A DNA stretch of 64,000 nucleotides from Betaproteobacteria bacterium UBA3031 (GTDB lineage Bacteria > Pseudomonadota > Gammaproteobacteria > Burkholderiales > Eutrophovitaceae). Under the pieces are notes generated by a model. That model searched no databases, was not told where the DNA came from, and was given only the letters and a program-made list of their open reading frames with translations. Both the position numbers and the translations under genes were made by a program. Below are positions 28,515 to 38,619 of the stretch, piece by piece. The stretch spans positions 18,671 through 82,670 of the forward strand of contig DFDI01000088.1 of NCBI GenBank assembly GCA_002367635.1. Reading direction: 5' to 3'. The stretch's first letter is position 1. Each line of letters opens with the position of its first letter.

Positions 28515-28850
28515 ATGCAAAATAAAGTTCCCTTATTACTGAGTCTTATTGGCTTATTTTTGATTCAACCCGCATCAGCCGCCCCCTACCCTCTAGGAAC
28601 AATGACCTGCGATGATATTGGCGAATTTGCCTCTGAGGCGATGGGGTGGAGGAAAGAAGAGCTTGCCACCTACGAGGAAGCAATGGCGCGCTTAGAAGCG
28701 AGAACGTTCGCCGACCCCGTTGAAAAAAAGAATTTATCCATTGTGCTTGACTATGTTTTTGGTAACTACGGTAGAAATTGGAATGTTGAAAGTGCTGGCA
28801 ATGTTTTTCGTAGTGATTGTAAAAAAGGTCGTGACGAACCAACTGAATAA
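28515..28850 (+). CDS. Hypothetical small exported protein (2 Cys)
   Basis: 111-aa ORF with a signal peptide ending ASA-AP. No recognisable family. Confidence 0.5.
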   Translation: MQNKVPLLLSLIGLFLIQPASAAPYPLGTMTCDDIGEFASEAMGWRKEELATYEEAMARLEARTFADPVEKKNLSIVLDYVFGNYGRNWNVESAGNVFRSDCKKGRDEPTE

Positions 28851-28918
28851 CAATCAATCGCAACATTACTCGAGTGCGTAGCGCCTAATCTTGTTAACAG
28901 CTTATTAAGATCCTAACA

Positions 28919-30205
28919 ATGCCTGATCATCACGATTTCAAATTAGAAACTCTAGGGCTACACGCAGGACAGGAACCTGATAGCGAATATGGGTCAAGAG
29001 CTCAACCTATTCATTTCACAACTTCCTATGTCTTCCCCGACACGGATACCGCAGCCTCACTATTCAATATGGAACGTGGTGGGCACGTCTACTCAAGAAT
29101 TTCAAACCCAACCACCGCCGTACTAGAAGAGCGTATTAGCGCTATGGAAGGTGGAGTCGGCGCCATTGCGACCGCTAGTGGGCAAGCGGCCTTGCACTTG
29201 GCCATTACCACTTTAATGGGTCAAGGAAGTCACATTGTCGCATCCAGGTCTCTCTATGGGGGGTCACATAACCTACTCCAATACACCATGCCGAGGTTCG
29301 GGATCGAAACTACTTTTGTGAATTTTCGTGATCACGACAGCGTAGCGGCCGCAATCAAACCTGAGACACGACTGATCTTTAGTGAGACCTTAGGCAATCC
29401 AGGGTTAGATGTCCTTAATATTCCCGCGATCTCCGAATTGGCGCATCAACACCAACTACCCCTAATGGTCGATTCAACATTTACAACCCCCTATTTGCTC
29501 AAGCCATTTGCACTAGGCGCAGATCTAATTATGCATTCCGCAACTAAGTTTTTAGGAGGGCATGGGGTAGCGATTGGAGGGCTCCTTATTGATGGTGGTG
29601 ACTTTGACTGGACTCAAAGCGACAAATTTCCAACTTTGACACAACCCTACACCGGGTTTCATAACATGGTATTCACGGATGAGTCTCCAGTAGCGGCCTT
29701 CTTGCTCAGAGCCAGACGTGAGGGTTTACGTGATTTTGGTGCCTGCATGAGCCCAATGAATGCATTTCAAATCATGCAAGGAGTGGAAACACTAGGCCCC
29801 CGCATGCAAAGACACATGGAAAACACTCGTGCAGTCGTCGCGTTTCTCCAGAATCATGAATCAGTCAAACAAGTCATTTATCCAGAATTACCCGAACACA
29901 CCGACCACGAACTCGCGAAAACGCTCCTGCCCAAAGGCTGTGGAGCGGTATTCACCTTCGAACTAAAAGATGGTCGAGAGGCGGGCCAGCGATTTATCGA
30001 ACGACTCAAAATATTCTCTCATTTAGCCAATGTCGGAGATGCCAAATCACTCGTAATACATCCCGCATCAACAACACATTTCCGAATGAGTGACGAGGAT
30101 TTATTAGCGGCCGGGATTGCGGCCGGAACAGTTCGGCTCTCTGTTGGTATAGAAAATATCGATGACCTATTGAGTGATCTCAAACAGGCACTCAAATCTC
30201 GATAG
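28919..30205 (+). CDS. metY: O-acetylhomoserine aminocarboxypropyltransferase (sulfhydrylase), PLP-dependent
   Basis: 428 aa. FKLETLGLHAGQ, YSRISNPT and HSATKFLGGHG (PLP lysine) are typical of MetY/Cys-Met PLP enzymes. Confidence 0.9.
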   Translation: MPDHHDFKLETLGLHAGQEPDSEYGSRAQPIHFTTSYVFPDTDTAASLFNMERGGHVYSRISNPTTAVLEERISAMEGGVGAIATASGQAALHLAITTLMGQGSHIVASRSLYGGSHNLLQYTMPRFGIETTFVNFRDHDSVAAAIKPETRLIFSETLGNPGLDVLNIPAISELAHQHQLPLMVDSTFTTPYLLKPFALGADLIMHSATKFLGGHGVAIGGLLIDGGDFDWTQSDKFPTLTQPYTGFHNMVFTDESPVAAFLLRARREGLRDFGACMSPMNAFQIMQGVETLGPRMQRHMENTRAVVAFLQNHESVKQVIYPELPEHTDHELAKTLLPKGCGAVFTFELKDGREAGQRFIERLKIFSHLANVGDAKSLVIHPASTTHFRMSDEDLLAAGIAAGTVRLSVGIENIDDLLSDLKQALKSR

Positions 30206-30219
30206 AGGACACAGTCATC

Positions 30220-31017
30220 ATGTTCATTACTATCGATAATCAAGACACATTTATTTACACGGCAGCCCGAGAGATACACCATCATCAACCCTCCGTATTG
30301 TTCATTCACGGGGCCGCAAATGATCATAGCGTGTGGAATATGCAGTGCCGATATTTTTCAACGCATGGTTGGAATGCGCTAGCTATTGACCTGCCCGGAC
30401 ATGGTCAAAGCAAGGGACCTCCACTGAATAGCATCAGCGCACTAGCCGACTGGGTTGAAAAATGCACCAAAACTCTAAACCTAGAGCAATTGGCAATCGT
30501 TGGACACAGCATGGGATCATTAATCGGCCTTGAACTTGCTTCAAGAAAAAACAGCCTTGCCAACCAAATCGCACTGATAGGCATCAACGTCCCCATGCCT
30601 GTTTCAGACCAATTATTGGAAACAGCCAAAAAAAATCCCAAAGTCGCCTACCGACTTATGAACCAATATTCATTTAGTGGACGAGCAAAGCTAGGAAAAA
30701 ATGATATCCCGGGCCTATCAATGGAAGGGGTAAGCCTCAAACTAATGAATCGCACACAGCCGGGAGTTTTACATGCGGATTTCATCGCATGCAACACATA
30801 CGACAAGGGCATTTCTTCAGCTCAAAAAATCAACTGCCCTAGTATTTTGCTTTTGGGATCTCAGGACAAAATGACTCCCGCGTCCCGCACAAAAAGCTTG
30901 AGAAATGCGCTACCTGGCAGTCTAGTCAAAGTCCTGCCAGGTACCGGACACGCCATCATGGCTGAACAGCCCAATCAGGTCACGGAATGCCTGAAGAACT
31001 TTTTAGTCAAAACTTAA
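30220..31017 (+). CDS. Alpha/beta-fold hydrolase
   Basis: HG oxyanion motif (FIHGAAND) and GHSMGS nucleophile elbow. 265 aa. Confidence 0.75.
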   Translation: MFITIDNQDTFIYTAAREIHHHQPSVLFIHGAANDHSVWNMQCRYFSTHGWNALAIDLPGHGQSKGPPLNSISALADWVEKCTKTLNLEQLAIVGHSMGSLIGLELASRKNSLANQIALIGINVPMPVSDQLLETAKKNPKVAYRLMNQYSFSGRAKLGKNDIPGLSMEGVSLKLMNRTQPGVLHADFIACNTYDKGISSAQKINCPSILLLGSQDKMTPASRTKSLRNALPGSLVKVLPGTGHAIMAEQPNQVTECLKNFLVKT

Positions 31018-31066
31018 TCACTAACGAACAGCGCATAATGAACATACAGTCGTTTAAATTTACGAC

Positions 31067-31576
31067 TTAAACTAGCTTCAACATAGTTTCGGCATCACTA
31101 ACTTCCATACCGCCAGGAGCCTCTTCAACATTAATTGCTTTGACCACTCCGTCATCAATCAGCATCGAGTAGCGCTTAGAACGCACGCCCATTCCTCCAG
31201 CAGTAAGATCAAGATCCATTCCTACCGCCTTAGTAAATTCAGCGCTGCCATCTGCCATCATGCGAACAGCACCTGTCGCATTATTTTCTCGTCCCCAAGC
31301 ACCCATAACAAAGGCATCATTGACGGACACGCACCAGATTTCATCAATCTTCTGTTTAAGTTCCGCTGCTTTTTCAACGTAACCAGGTAAGTGTTTTGCC
31401 GAACAAGTCGGTGTGTAAGCGCCCGGCAGTGCGAATAAAGCAATGCGCTTACCCTTCACAAGCTCAGACAACTTGAATGTGTTCGGTCCGATGCTACATC
31501 CTTCTGTTTCCTCATTAATATACTCGCGTAGCGTACATTCCGGAACGTGGTCACCAACTTTGATAGTCATATTCAA
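31067..31576 (-). CDS. Peroxiredoxin, Prx5-type
   Basis: FALPGAYTPTCS peroxidatic Cys motif. 169 aa. Confidence 0.88.
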   Translation of the reverse strand: MNMTIKVGDHVPECTLREYINEETEGCSIGPNTFKLSELVKGKRIALFALPGAYTPTCSAKHLPGYVEKAAELKQKIDEIWCVSVNDAFVMGAWGRENNATGAVRMMADGSAEFTKAVGMDLDLTAGGMGVRSKRYSMLIDDGVVKAINVEEAPGGMEVSDAETMLKLV

Positions 31577-31750
31577 TCCTTATTAATATTTCATTTGAGA
31601 ATAAATTTAATTTTTAACTTCCGACACGAATTATACTATTACAATATCTGACTCAGACAGATTACATAGACGCCAATATGCACGTCTCCGTGACTTTTCT
31701 TAAAATGCCAGCCTATACCCTTTTACTTTTGATCAAGAAACTTCCATTTA

Positions 31751-32242
31751 ATGTCCACAAAGAACTACATCACACCCAATGGAATGAAGCGACTGAAAGA
31801 CGAGGCCTTACGTTTAATTGACTTAGAGCGCCCTGCACTCGTCAAAGTCATTTCATGGGCAGCCTCCAACGGAGACCGATCAGAGAATGGTGACTATATC
31901 TATGGCAAAAGAAAATTACGCGAAATTGATAAACGAATAAGACTCCTCACAAAAAAATTAGATTCAGCAGTAGCAATCGACCCAGAGCAGCGAGAGGCAA
32001 CTGAGCAAGTATTCTTTGGTGCAACAGTTTCTTTTAGAAGATCGAAAGCTCATGAAGAAACTGTGGCGATCGTCGGTATTGACGAAGCGGACGCGAAAAA
32101 AAGGTTGATCAGTTGGATCTCCCCACTCGCAACATCATTGTTAAAAACTCGCATAGGGGATCGGGTCTACCTAGATACGCCCAATGGAAGAGAGGAACTA
32201 GAAATAACTGCTATTCAATATAAACGTATCGCCATAGATTGA
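31751..32242 (+). CDS. greB: Transcription elongation factor GreB
   Basis: 163 aa. NYITPNGMKRLKDE...AASNGDRSENGDY coiled-coil acidic tip and a Gre C-terminal domain. Confidence 0.88.
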   Translation: MSTKNYITPNGMKRLKDEALRLIDLERPALVKVISWAASNGDRSENGDYIYGKRKLREIDKRIRLLTKKLDSAVAIDPEQREATEQVFFGATVSFRRSKAHEETVAIVGIDEADAKKRLISWISPLATSLLKTRIGDRVYLDTPNGREELEITAIQYKRIAID

Positions 32243-32251
32243 ACGACTGAT

Positions 32252-32953
32252 TTATCCGTGGTTTTCCTTAGGATAAGCAGGAGCAGATCGGCCTAGGCCA
32301 TCAAACAAATCCAATAGTCTTTCTTGATACGCATAAACATCATCAGCTTTGTCAAAAATGGTTAATCCAGATCCACACCGTAGCCACTGAAAAATACCAA
32401 CCATAATATAATCTGAAAAATTAGGACCCTTACCACCCAGGAAATTTTGTCGGCTAAGCGTCTGTCGCAGAGGCTCTAAAGCCTTTATGAAACCTATACG
32501 CGCAGCTTCTGGGTTACCCCCCCACTCTTCCAAAGTGATGCCAAAACGAATTTCTCGGCTTTCTCGAAAGTATTTCTGATCGGCATCCTTCTGTAAACCA
32601 AAAAAGTCCAAAATGCCCATGCGAGAAACTAGCGAATGCAACACCGTCTCTGTCCAGCACTTCACAAACAAAGATTGAGATCGGGACTCGTCGCTATCAA
32701 ATAATGCATGCTGTGGATATTTTTTATCAAGAAAAAGTGCGATATCCCACGAATCAATAACAACCTCACTCCCATCGACTAATACTGGGACCTTGCCGTC
32801 ATTTGGCACGGGCAATTGATCTATTTCCGAAAAATAAATCGGAATTTCCTCCCAGCTCAGGCCTTTATGCGCTAAAGCATATTTTATACGCCAGCAAAAT
32901 GGAGAGAACCGAACCTCAGGATACTTCGACGCCAAGTCAAATAGCTGAATCAT
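32252..32953 (-). CDS. Glutathione S-transferase family protein (Cys-type active site)
   Basis: Thioredoxin-like N-domain with SPFCWR and VPVLVDG...SWDI, plus a GST C-domain. Confidence 0.75.
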   Translation of the reverse strand: MIQLFDLASKYPEVRFSPFCWRIKYALAHKGLSWEEIPIYFSEIDQLPVPNDGKVPVLVDGSEVVIDSWDIALFLDKKYPQHALFDSDESRSQSLFVKCWTETVLHSLVSRMGILDFFGLQKDADQKYFRESREIRFGITLEEWGGNPEAARIGFIKALEPLRQTLSRQNFLGGKGPNFSDYIMVGIFQWLRCGSGLTIFDKADDVYAYQERLLDLFDGLGRSAPAYPKENHG

Positions 32954-32956
32954 GAA

Positions 32957-33661
32957 TTAAACCTTCCCTTGAATTGTATGAGAACCTTGCCCAAATAAGA
33001 ATTTTTTTGCCTCATCATCGACCACTGGCCCTCGGCTGATTTCTTTTCCTCGCGCATAGGCTCTCGCCACAGACCCTTTAGCTCTCACACGTTCATGCCA
33101 CTTCTGTATTGACGGAAAGTCATCAAGATTCTGTCTCTGACGCTCATGCAAGACCACCCAAGGGTAACAAGCCATATCTGCGATGGAATAGTCATCCACG
33201 ATGTAGTCTCGCCCATTGAGTTGTTTATCTAAAACCGCGTATAGCCGCGCAGTCTCATTAACATAACGCTCAATAGCATAGGGAATTGGTTCTGGCGCGT
33301 AAGATACAAAATGGTGATTCTGACCTGCCATCGGACCCAGACCACCCATTTGCCAGAATAACCACTCCATTACTTGGACTTTCTTACGCAAATCATTCGG
33401 GATAAATTGACCAGTCTTTTCCGCCAAATACTGCAAAATAGCTCCAGACTCAAAAACAGTAATGGGATCCCCGCCGCCAGTCGGCTCTTCATCAACAATC
33501 GCTGGCATACGATTATTGGGCGCGATTTTTAAGAACGACTCCTCAAACTGCTCCCCACGACTGATGTTAATAGGAACAATGTCATACTCTAAACCAGCTG
33601 CCTCTAAAAGCATCGTAATTTTATGTCCGTTCGGAGTTGGCCAATAAAATAACTTAATCAC
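32957..33661 (-). CDS. yfcG: Nu-class glutathione S-transferase / disulfide reductase, YfcG-like
   Basis: MIKLFYWPTPNGHKITMLLEAAGLEYD...APNNRMPAIVD parallels the E. coli YfcG N-terminus. Confidence 0.8.
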   Translation of the reverse strand: MIKLFYWPTPNGHKITMLLEAAGLEYDIVPINISRGEQFEESFLKIAPNNRMPAIVDEEPTGGGDPITVFESGAILQYLAEKTGQFIPNDLRKKVQVMEWLFWQMGGLGPMAGQNHHFVSYAPEPIPYAIERYVNETARLYAVLDKQLNGRDYIVDDYSIADMACYPWVVLHERQRQNLDDFPSIQKWHERVRAKGSVARAYARGKEISRGPVVDDEAKKFLFGQGSHTIQGKV

Positions 33662-33672
33662 ATCTACCCTCT

Positions 33673-34356
33673 CTAGTCCGCGTTATACCAACAAGTGTCA
33701 CAAATAAGATCGGCAACCGAAGTCAGGCTATCAGCTGCAATCGTCGGTACTGGAGCAATTGGGTTGGAGGCAATACCAAACCGCTTGATTAATGCCCCCT
33801 TACAACCAATCGCCATTGCACCCGCAACATCCCATGCATGCGCAGCAATTAGATAGGCATTTTCTGGATCAACCTTCATTTTCTCAGTCGCATAACGATA
33901 GACTTTTGGGTCAGGCTTAAGCGTCTTAACTTCCTCTACCGAAATAACCGTTTCGAAAAAATCAATTAATCCTGCGTGCGCCAATTGCTCCTGCGCGACA
34001 GCAACCGGCGAGTTGGTCAACGCAGCCATACGAAAATTTAATGATTTAAGTTTTTTGAGTGCAGGAATGACATCGTCATGTGGTGACAACTTCCTCATTC
34101 CACCAACAATGTCACTCAACATATTTTCTGATAGTGAGAGATCGTGACGCTCCACAACCATTTCCAAAGCAGAGCGGCCGACTTCCGAAAAGTTGCGAGA
34201 CCACCCAAGAATCACGGATAACATAGCCGTCTGTATTACCTGATCAAACCATTCGCTCACCATGATTTGATCTCCGAAATGTGTTTTAAAATGTGGCTCA
34301 AGAGTTTTGAGATCCAGTAATGACTCATTAACATCAAACAGTAAAACTGGCTGCAT
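33673..34356 (-). CDS. HAD-superfamily hydrolase, haloacid dehalogenase type II-like
   Basis: LLFDVNESLLDL motif I variant, TNS (motif II) and KPDPKVY (motif III). 227 aa. Confidence 0.7.
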   Translation of the reverse strand: MQPVLLFDVNESLLDLKTLEPHFKTHFGDQIMVSEWFDQVIQTAMLSVILGWSRNFSEVGRSALEMVVERHDLSLSENMLSDIVGGMRKLSPHDDVIPALKKLKSLNFRMAALTNSPVAVAQEQLAHAGLIDFFETVISVEEVKTLKPDPKVYRYATEKMKVDPENAYLIAAHAWDVAGAMAIGCKGALIKRFGIASNPIAPVPTIAADSLTSVADLICDTCWYNAD

Positions 34357-34496
34357 ATTATCCCTTTTATTCCGTTATTAAGAGCTGCAAGAATGCGTAA
34401 ACAACTGACATAACTTGTTAATTACAATTCACAATAAAATACGTTTAATCGTATAGACTAGTGGGCAGCAATCAACATTATGGAGTAAAGAGTAGC

Positions 34497-35873
34497 ATGT
34501 CTCAGTATGATTTAATTGTAATTGGGGGCGGTAGCGGCGGGGTCGCGACGGCCAATCGTGCAGGCTCCTATGGGGCTCGCGTAGCCCTTATCGAGAAAGG
34601 CCGAATGGGTGGCACTTGTGTTAACGTCGGCTGCGTTCCCAAGAAGATAATGTGGACTGCCGCGAGTCTTCATGCGGCAGTAACAGAAGCAAAGAATTAT
34701 GGTTTTGACACGCATCTTGGGGAGTTCCATTGGTCCAAGCTCAAAGCACAACGAGACAGCTACATCCAAAGACTTAATGCCGGTTATGAGCGCGGTCTTG
34801 ATGGTAACAACGTCGAAGTTATAAAAGGTGACGCTGTTTTTGAATCGCACAATACCGTGCGTGTTGGTGACAACACCTATCAAAGCACCCGCATACTGGT
34901 CGCTACAGGAGGTTATCCTTTGGTCCCAGCGATTCCGGGTGCACAGCTGGGCATTACCTCAGACGGTTTTTTTGAGCTCGAACAGCAACCCAAAAAAGTT
35001 GCCGTCATCGGTGCCGGCTACATCGCTGTCGAATTCTCCGGATTATTGAATGCGCTTGGTTCACAGGTATCCTTATTTTTACGAAAAACTGAAGTTTTAC
35101 GACACTTCGATCACTCCATTCGATCAGTACTGATGAGCGAAATGGAGAGAGACGGAGTTCAAATCATTAAAAACACTGCATTTAAGGAAATCATAGAAGA
35201 CAATAAGACTCTCCTATTGAAGTCAAATAACGGAGATGAATACTCTGGATTCGACCAAGTCATTTGGGCAATCGGTCGAACACCCAACACCCAGACCCTA
35301 AACCTAGATAACGTTGGCGTGGAAACGACAGAATCTGGTCATATCACCGTCAACAAATATCAAGAAACGAATGTTCCTGGAATCTTTGCCGTGGGTGACA
35401 TCACAGGGCATCACGAGTTAACACCAGTAGCTATTGCGGCAGGTAGGCGCCTCGCTGATAGATTATTTAATGGGCAAGAAGATCGACATTTAAACTACGA
35501 AAACATTCCAACAGTTATTTTTAGCCATCCTCCGATAGGAACCGTTGGGATTACTGAACACGAGGCAGTCACAAAATTCGGGGCACACAATGTCAAAGTC
35601 TATGAAAGCAGTTTCAAACCGATGCACTTCGCCTTCAACTCTAATGGGGCGAAATGCCTCATGAAGCTAATCGTTACTGGACCTGAAGAAAAAGTGGTCG
35701 GCTGTCATGGGATTGGGCTTGGGATGGATGAAATGATGCAAGGTTTTGCCGTTGCTGTTCGAATGGGGGCGACTAAAAAAGACTTCGACGATACCGTCGC
35801 GATCCACCCAACCGTTGCCGAGGAAATGGTCACTATGAAAATATCTCGTGCAGCAATCCCTAGCTCAAACTAA
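34497..35873 (+). CDS. gor: Glutathione-disulfide reductase
   Basis: [12 protein letters not shown], redox-active [13 protein letters not shown] and C-terminal HPT.AEE. Start chosen at MSQYD, as in E. coli Gor. Confidence 0.92.
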   Translation: MSQYDLIVIGGGSGGVATANRAGSYGARVALIEKGRMGGTCVNVGCVPKKIMWTAASLHAAVTEAKNYGFDTHLGEFHWSKLKAQRDSYIQRLNAGYERGLDGNNVEVIKGDAVFESHNTVRVGDNTYQSTRILVATGGYPLVPAIPGAQLGITSDGFFELEQQPKKVAVIGAGYIAVEFSGLLNALGSQVSLFLRKTEVLRHFDHSIRSVLMSEMERDGVQIIKNTAFKEIIEDNKTLLLKSNNGDEYSGFDQVIWAIGRTPNTQTLNLDNVGVETTESGHITVNKYQETNVPGIFAVGDITGHHELTPVAIAAGRRLADRLFNGQEDRHLNYENIPTVIFSHPPIGTVGITEHEAVTKFGAHNVKVYESSFKPMHFAFNSNGAKCLMKLIVTGPEEKVVGCHGIGLGMDEMMQGFAVAVRMGATKKDFDDTVAIHPTVAEEMVTMKISRAAIPSSN

Positions 35874-35907
35874 AATCAAGAAATATTAAAACTATTAAGG
35901 ATTACTT

Positions 35908-36258
35908 ATGAGCATCACGAGAATTGACTCTAATAACCGAATGTCCCAAGCCGTAATACATGGCAACATAATCTACACAGCAGGTATCGTGGCCGGAGAC
36001 CCGAATACAGATATTCAAGGACAAACTGGACAAATCCTCGATACCATTGACGGGTACCTCCTCTCAAATGGTTCGGATAAGACCAAAATACTATCGGTCA
36101 CCATATGGTTGGCAGACATGAATGACTTTGCAGATATGAATGTTATCTGGGATATGTGGGTCCCTAAAGGGCATACCCCAGCCAGGGCCTGCGTTGAATC
36201 CAAGCTGGCCACGCCTAATTACAAAGTAGAAATTAGAGTGACTGCAGCGATAGCGTAA
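35908..36258 (+). CDS. RidA/YjgF-family protein
   Basis: 116 aa with a YjgF-like pattern (IYTAGIV..., PARACVE..., VEIRVTA). Confidence 0.78.
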   Translation: MSITRIDSNNRMSQAVIHGNIIYTAGIVAGDPNTDIQGQTGQILDTIDGYLLSNGSDKTKILSVTIWLADMNDFADMNVIWDMWVPKGHTPARACVESKLATPNYKVEIRVTAAIA

Positions 36259-36268
36259 TTAACGCTCA

Positions 36269-37168
36269 TTATTCGTTAACAATGTGCGTAATTCCAGAGT
36301 GGCGGTTTTTTTGTCCTAACGCGACGTACAATCCAGCGCCCACGATTATCGTCATCCCGACAAAACCCGTGGTACTTGGAAGATGGTCGAATGCCCAGTA
36401 GCCGAAAAGGGTTACCCAAACAAGTTGGACATACCCAAGTGGGGATAAAAATGAAGCATCCTCTAACTCCATCGCTTTGATCAGCATAAAATGTCCCACT
36501 GCTCCTGCAAACCCTAAGAAAAGAAACTTTGGGAGATCGGCAAGCTGCGGCGTAACCCAAAACACCGGGACCACTAGACTAAGTAACAGTGATCCAACCA
36601 AGCCCGTGTAGAAGAGTGTCGCAACTGGGTGTTCTCGATTGCTGAAGTGACGCGTCATGATTTGATACATACTGTAAAAAATTGCGGATAGCAGCGGGAG
36701 CACAAAATACCAATCGAAGCTTTTTGTGGGATTAATTACTAATAAAACCCCAATGAATCCAACTAACACCGCCACCCATCTGGGCCTAGAAACCTGTTCT
36801 TTCAATATCCAAAAAGCAAACATTGTCACCAGTAGTGGGGAAATAAAACCGATCGATTTTGCCGTAGCCAGAGGTAAAACACTTAATGCCGTAAAGTAGA
36901 GTAGCGTTGACCCCATTAAGAGCATTGCCCTTAAAATCTGCGCCTTAGGATTATCTGTTTTAATCAACCGAGACCCATATCTCGGTCCTAGAAGTAATAT
37001 CATCAAGACGAAGTGTGTGACATACCGGAACCAAACGATAAGAGGCACCGGATAGGATTGACTCAAAGACTTTGCCGTTGTCTCAAGCATGGCGAATAAA
37101 AAAACCATACCCATCATGAATAGTATTGCTCGGTGCGTAGGTTTTAAATCAGCTGCAAAACGAAGCAA
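36269..37168 (-). CDS. DMT-superfamily (EamA) transporter
   Basis: About 10 TM helices in a two-EamA-repeat organisation. TTG start. Confidence 0.8.
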   Translation of the reverse strand: MLRFAADLKPTHRAILFMMGMVFLFAMLETTAKSLSQSYPVPLIVWFRYVTHFVLMILLLGPRYGSRLIKTDNPKAQILRAMLLMGSTLLYFTALSVLPLATAKSIGFISPLLVTMFAFWILKEQVSRPRWVAVLVGFIGVLLVINPTKSFDWYFVLPLLSAIFYSMYQIMTRHFSNREHPVATLFYTGLVGSLLLSLVVPVFWVTPQLADLPKFLFLGFAGAVGHFMLIKAMELEDASFLSPLGYVQLVWVTLFGYWAFDHLPSTTGFVGMTIIVGAGLYVALGQKNRHSGITHIVNE

Positions 37169-37333
37169 AGGTAACTTTCAAGAAACGGTGTGTCAGTAGA
37201 CGGCGGTGGATTCTACGTCATTCCACATCCAATACAAATGTATTTTTTAAATCAATAGCACCATTCAACTTTTAAAATTAAACTAGAACGAGCGACTACT
37301 CATTACAAAAAGCCACTTAATTCGGGAGCAAGA

Positions 37334-38608
37334 ATGACCATAACGAAAATAGCACAATACTTTTCATTGATGTTTTTAGCATTCAGTGTTGTAACCACGA
37401 GTCACTCAAACCCACTACCCGCAGCACAACCAGAGAGCGTGGGAGTATCTTCAGAGCGACTAAAAAGAATAACGCAGGCGTTTGAAAATCGTATTGAAGC
37501 TAAAAGTCTACCCGGAGTCGTTATCCGTGTCGCACGACAAGGTAAATTGGTGTACTCCAATGCCATAGGTTGGCAGGATATCGAATCGAATATTCCAATG
37601 TCTCAAGATTCAATATTTAGAATTTACTCGATGACAAAACCCATCATAAGTGTCGCGGCAATGACGCTCGTAGAGTCCGGCATGTTGTCCTTGTCAGACC
37701 CTGTTTCAAAATACCTCCCCTTGTTCGAAGAGGTTCAAGTTGGGATTGAAATGGTCAATAGTGATGGGATTGCTTTACTTCAGACAAAAAAGGCCCGCAA
37801 ACAGATAACAATTCAAGATCTTATGCGCCACACATCAGGCTTAACTTATGGTCCATTCGGAAAAAAAACACTGGTCAAAGAAAAATATTTAGCGGCGAAT
37901 CTAAGCTCTCTTGATTGGACCCTTGAAGATTATGTGAATACTTTAGCCGGATTACCCTTAGCATATGAACCCGGATCCACATGGGATTATGGCCGATCGA
38001 CAGATGTTTTAGGACGAGTAATCGAAGTGATATCAGGGATGACACTTGATCGATACTTAAGTAAGACTATTTTCACTCCATTAGGAATGCGAGACACAAG
38101 TTTTGGCGTACCCGAGAGTAAGCATCATCGTGTTGCGGAAAATATGACAGACATTGCGACCGGGGAAAAAATAGAGCTCATCGATGTAAAAAAACCTATG
38201 ACCTTGTTCGCAGGCGGGCATGGGCTTTCTTCTACCGCGGATGATTACATTCGTTTTTGCCAAATGATGCTAAATGGCGGGGAACTGGATGGAATTCGTA
38301 TCCTATCTCCAAAAATAGTTCTCTTTATGTCGACAAATCACATTAACGAAAACATCAGCAAAGGTAGGCTCTACCTACCTGGCCCTGGTTACGGTTTTGG
38401 CTTAGGTTTCGCAACTAGGCTCGAAGATGGTCAATCAGTCTGGCCGGGATCAGTAGGGGAATATTTTTGGGCTGGCTATGGTGGTACGTATTTTTGGATT
38501 GACCCCGCAGAGGAGTTGGTCGTATCCTTCATGTCACAAGACCCCTACAGAAGAAATGAACACCGAGTTCTTTTACGCAACTTGGTCTATCAATCTATCA
38601 TCGATTAA
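37334..38608 (+). CDS. Serine hydrolase (class C beta-lactamase/esterase family), exported
   Basis: Signal peptide, SMTK (SxxK) motif, and the later YGxS / HGG-type motifs. Confidence 0.8.
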   Translation: MTITKIAQYFSLMFLAFSVVTTSHSNPLPAAQPESVGVSSERLKRITQAFENRIEAKSLPGVVIRVARQGKLVYSNAIGWQDIESNIPMSQDSIFRIYSMTKPIISVAAMTLVESGMLSLSDPVSKYLPLFEEVQVGIEMVNSDGIALLQTKKARKQITIQDLMRHTSGLTYGPFGKKTLVKEKYLAANLSSLDWTLEDYVNTLAGLPLAYEPGSTWDYGRSTDVLGRVIEVISGMTLDRYLSKTIFTPLGMRDTSFGVPESKHHRVAENMTDIATGEKIELIDVKKPMTLFAGGHGLSSTADDYIRFCQMMLNGGELDGIRILSPKIVLFMSTNHINENISKGRLYLPGPGYGFGLGFATRLEDGQSVWPGSVGEYFWAGYGGTYFWIDPAEELVVSFMSQDPYRRNEHRVLLRNLVYQSIID

Positions 38609-38619
38609 ATGGAGCTTTT

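Noticed and set aside
28851-28918. A possible SAM-II or SAM-V riboswitch in the 68-nt leader of metY.
   Set aside because: I could not find the conserved AAAGCU pseudoknot element with a complementary GGCUU-type loop. Only a loose AACAGCUU is present. An Infernal scan against RF00521 and RF01826 would settle it.
31048-31067. The AGTCGT-ttaaattt-ACGACT hairpin between the hydrolase and peroxiredoxin as a bidirectional terminator.
   Set aside because: The stem is only 6 bp and AT-rich, there is no U-tract, and it overlaps the Prx stop codon. This is too weak to call.
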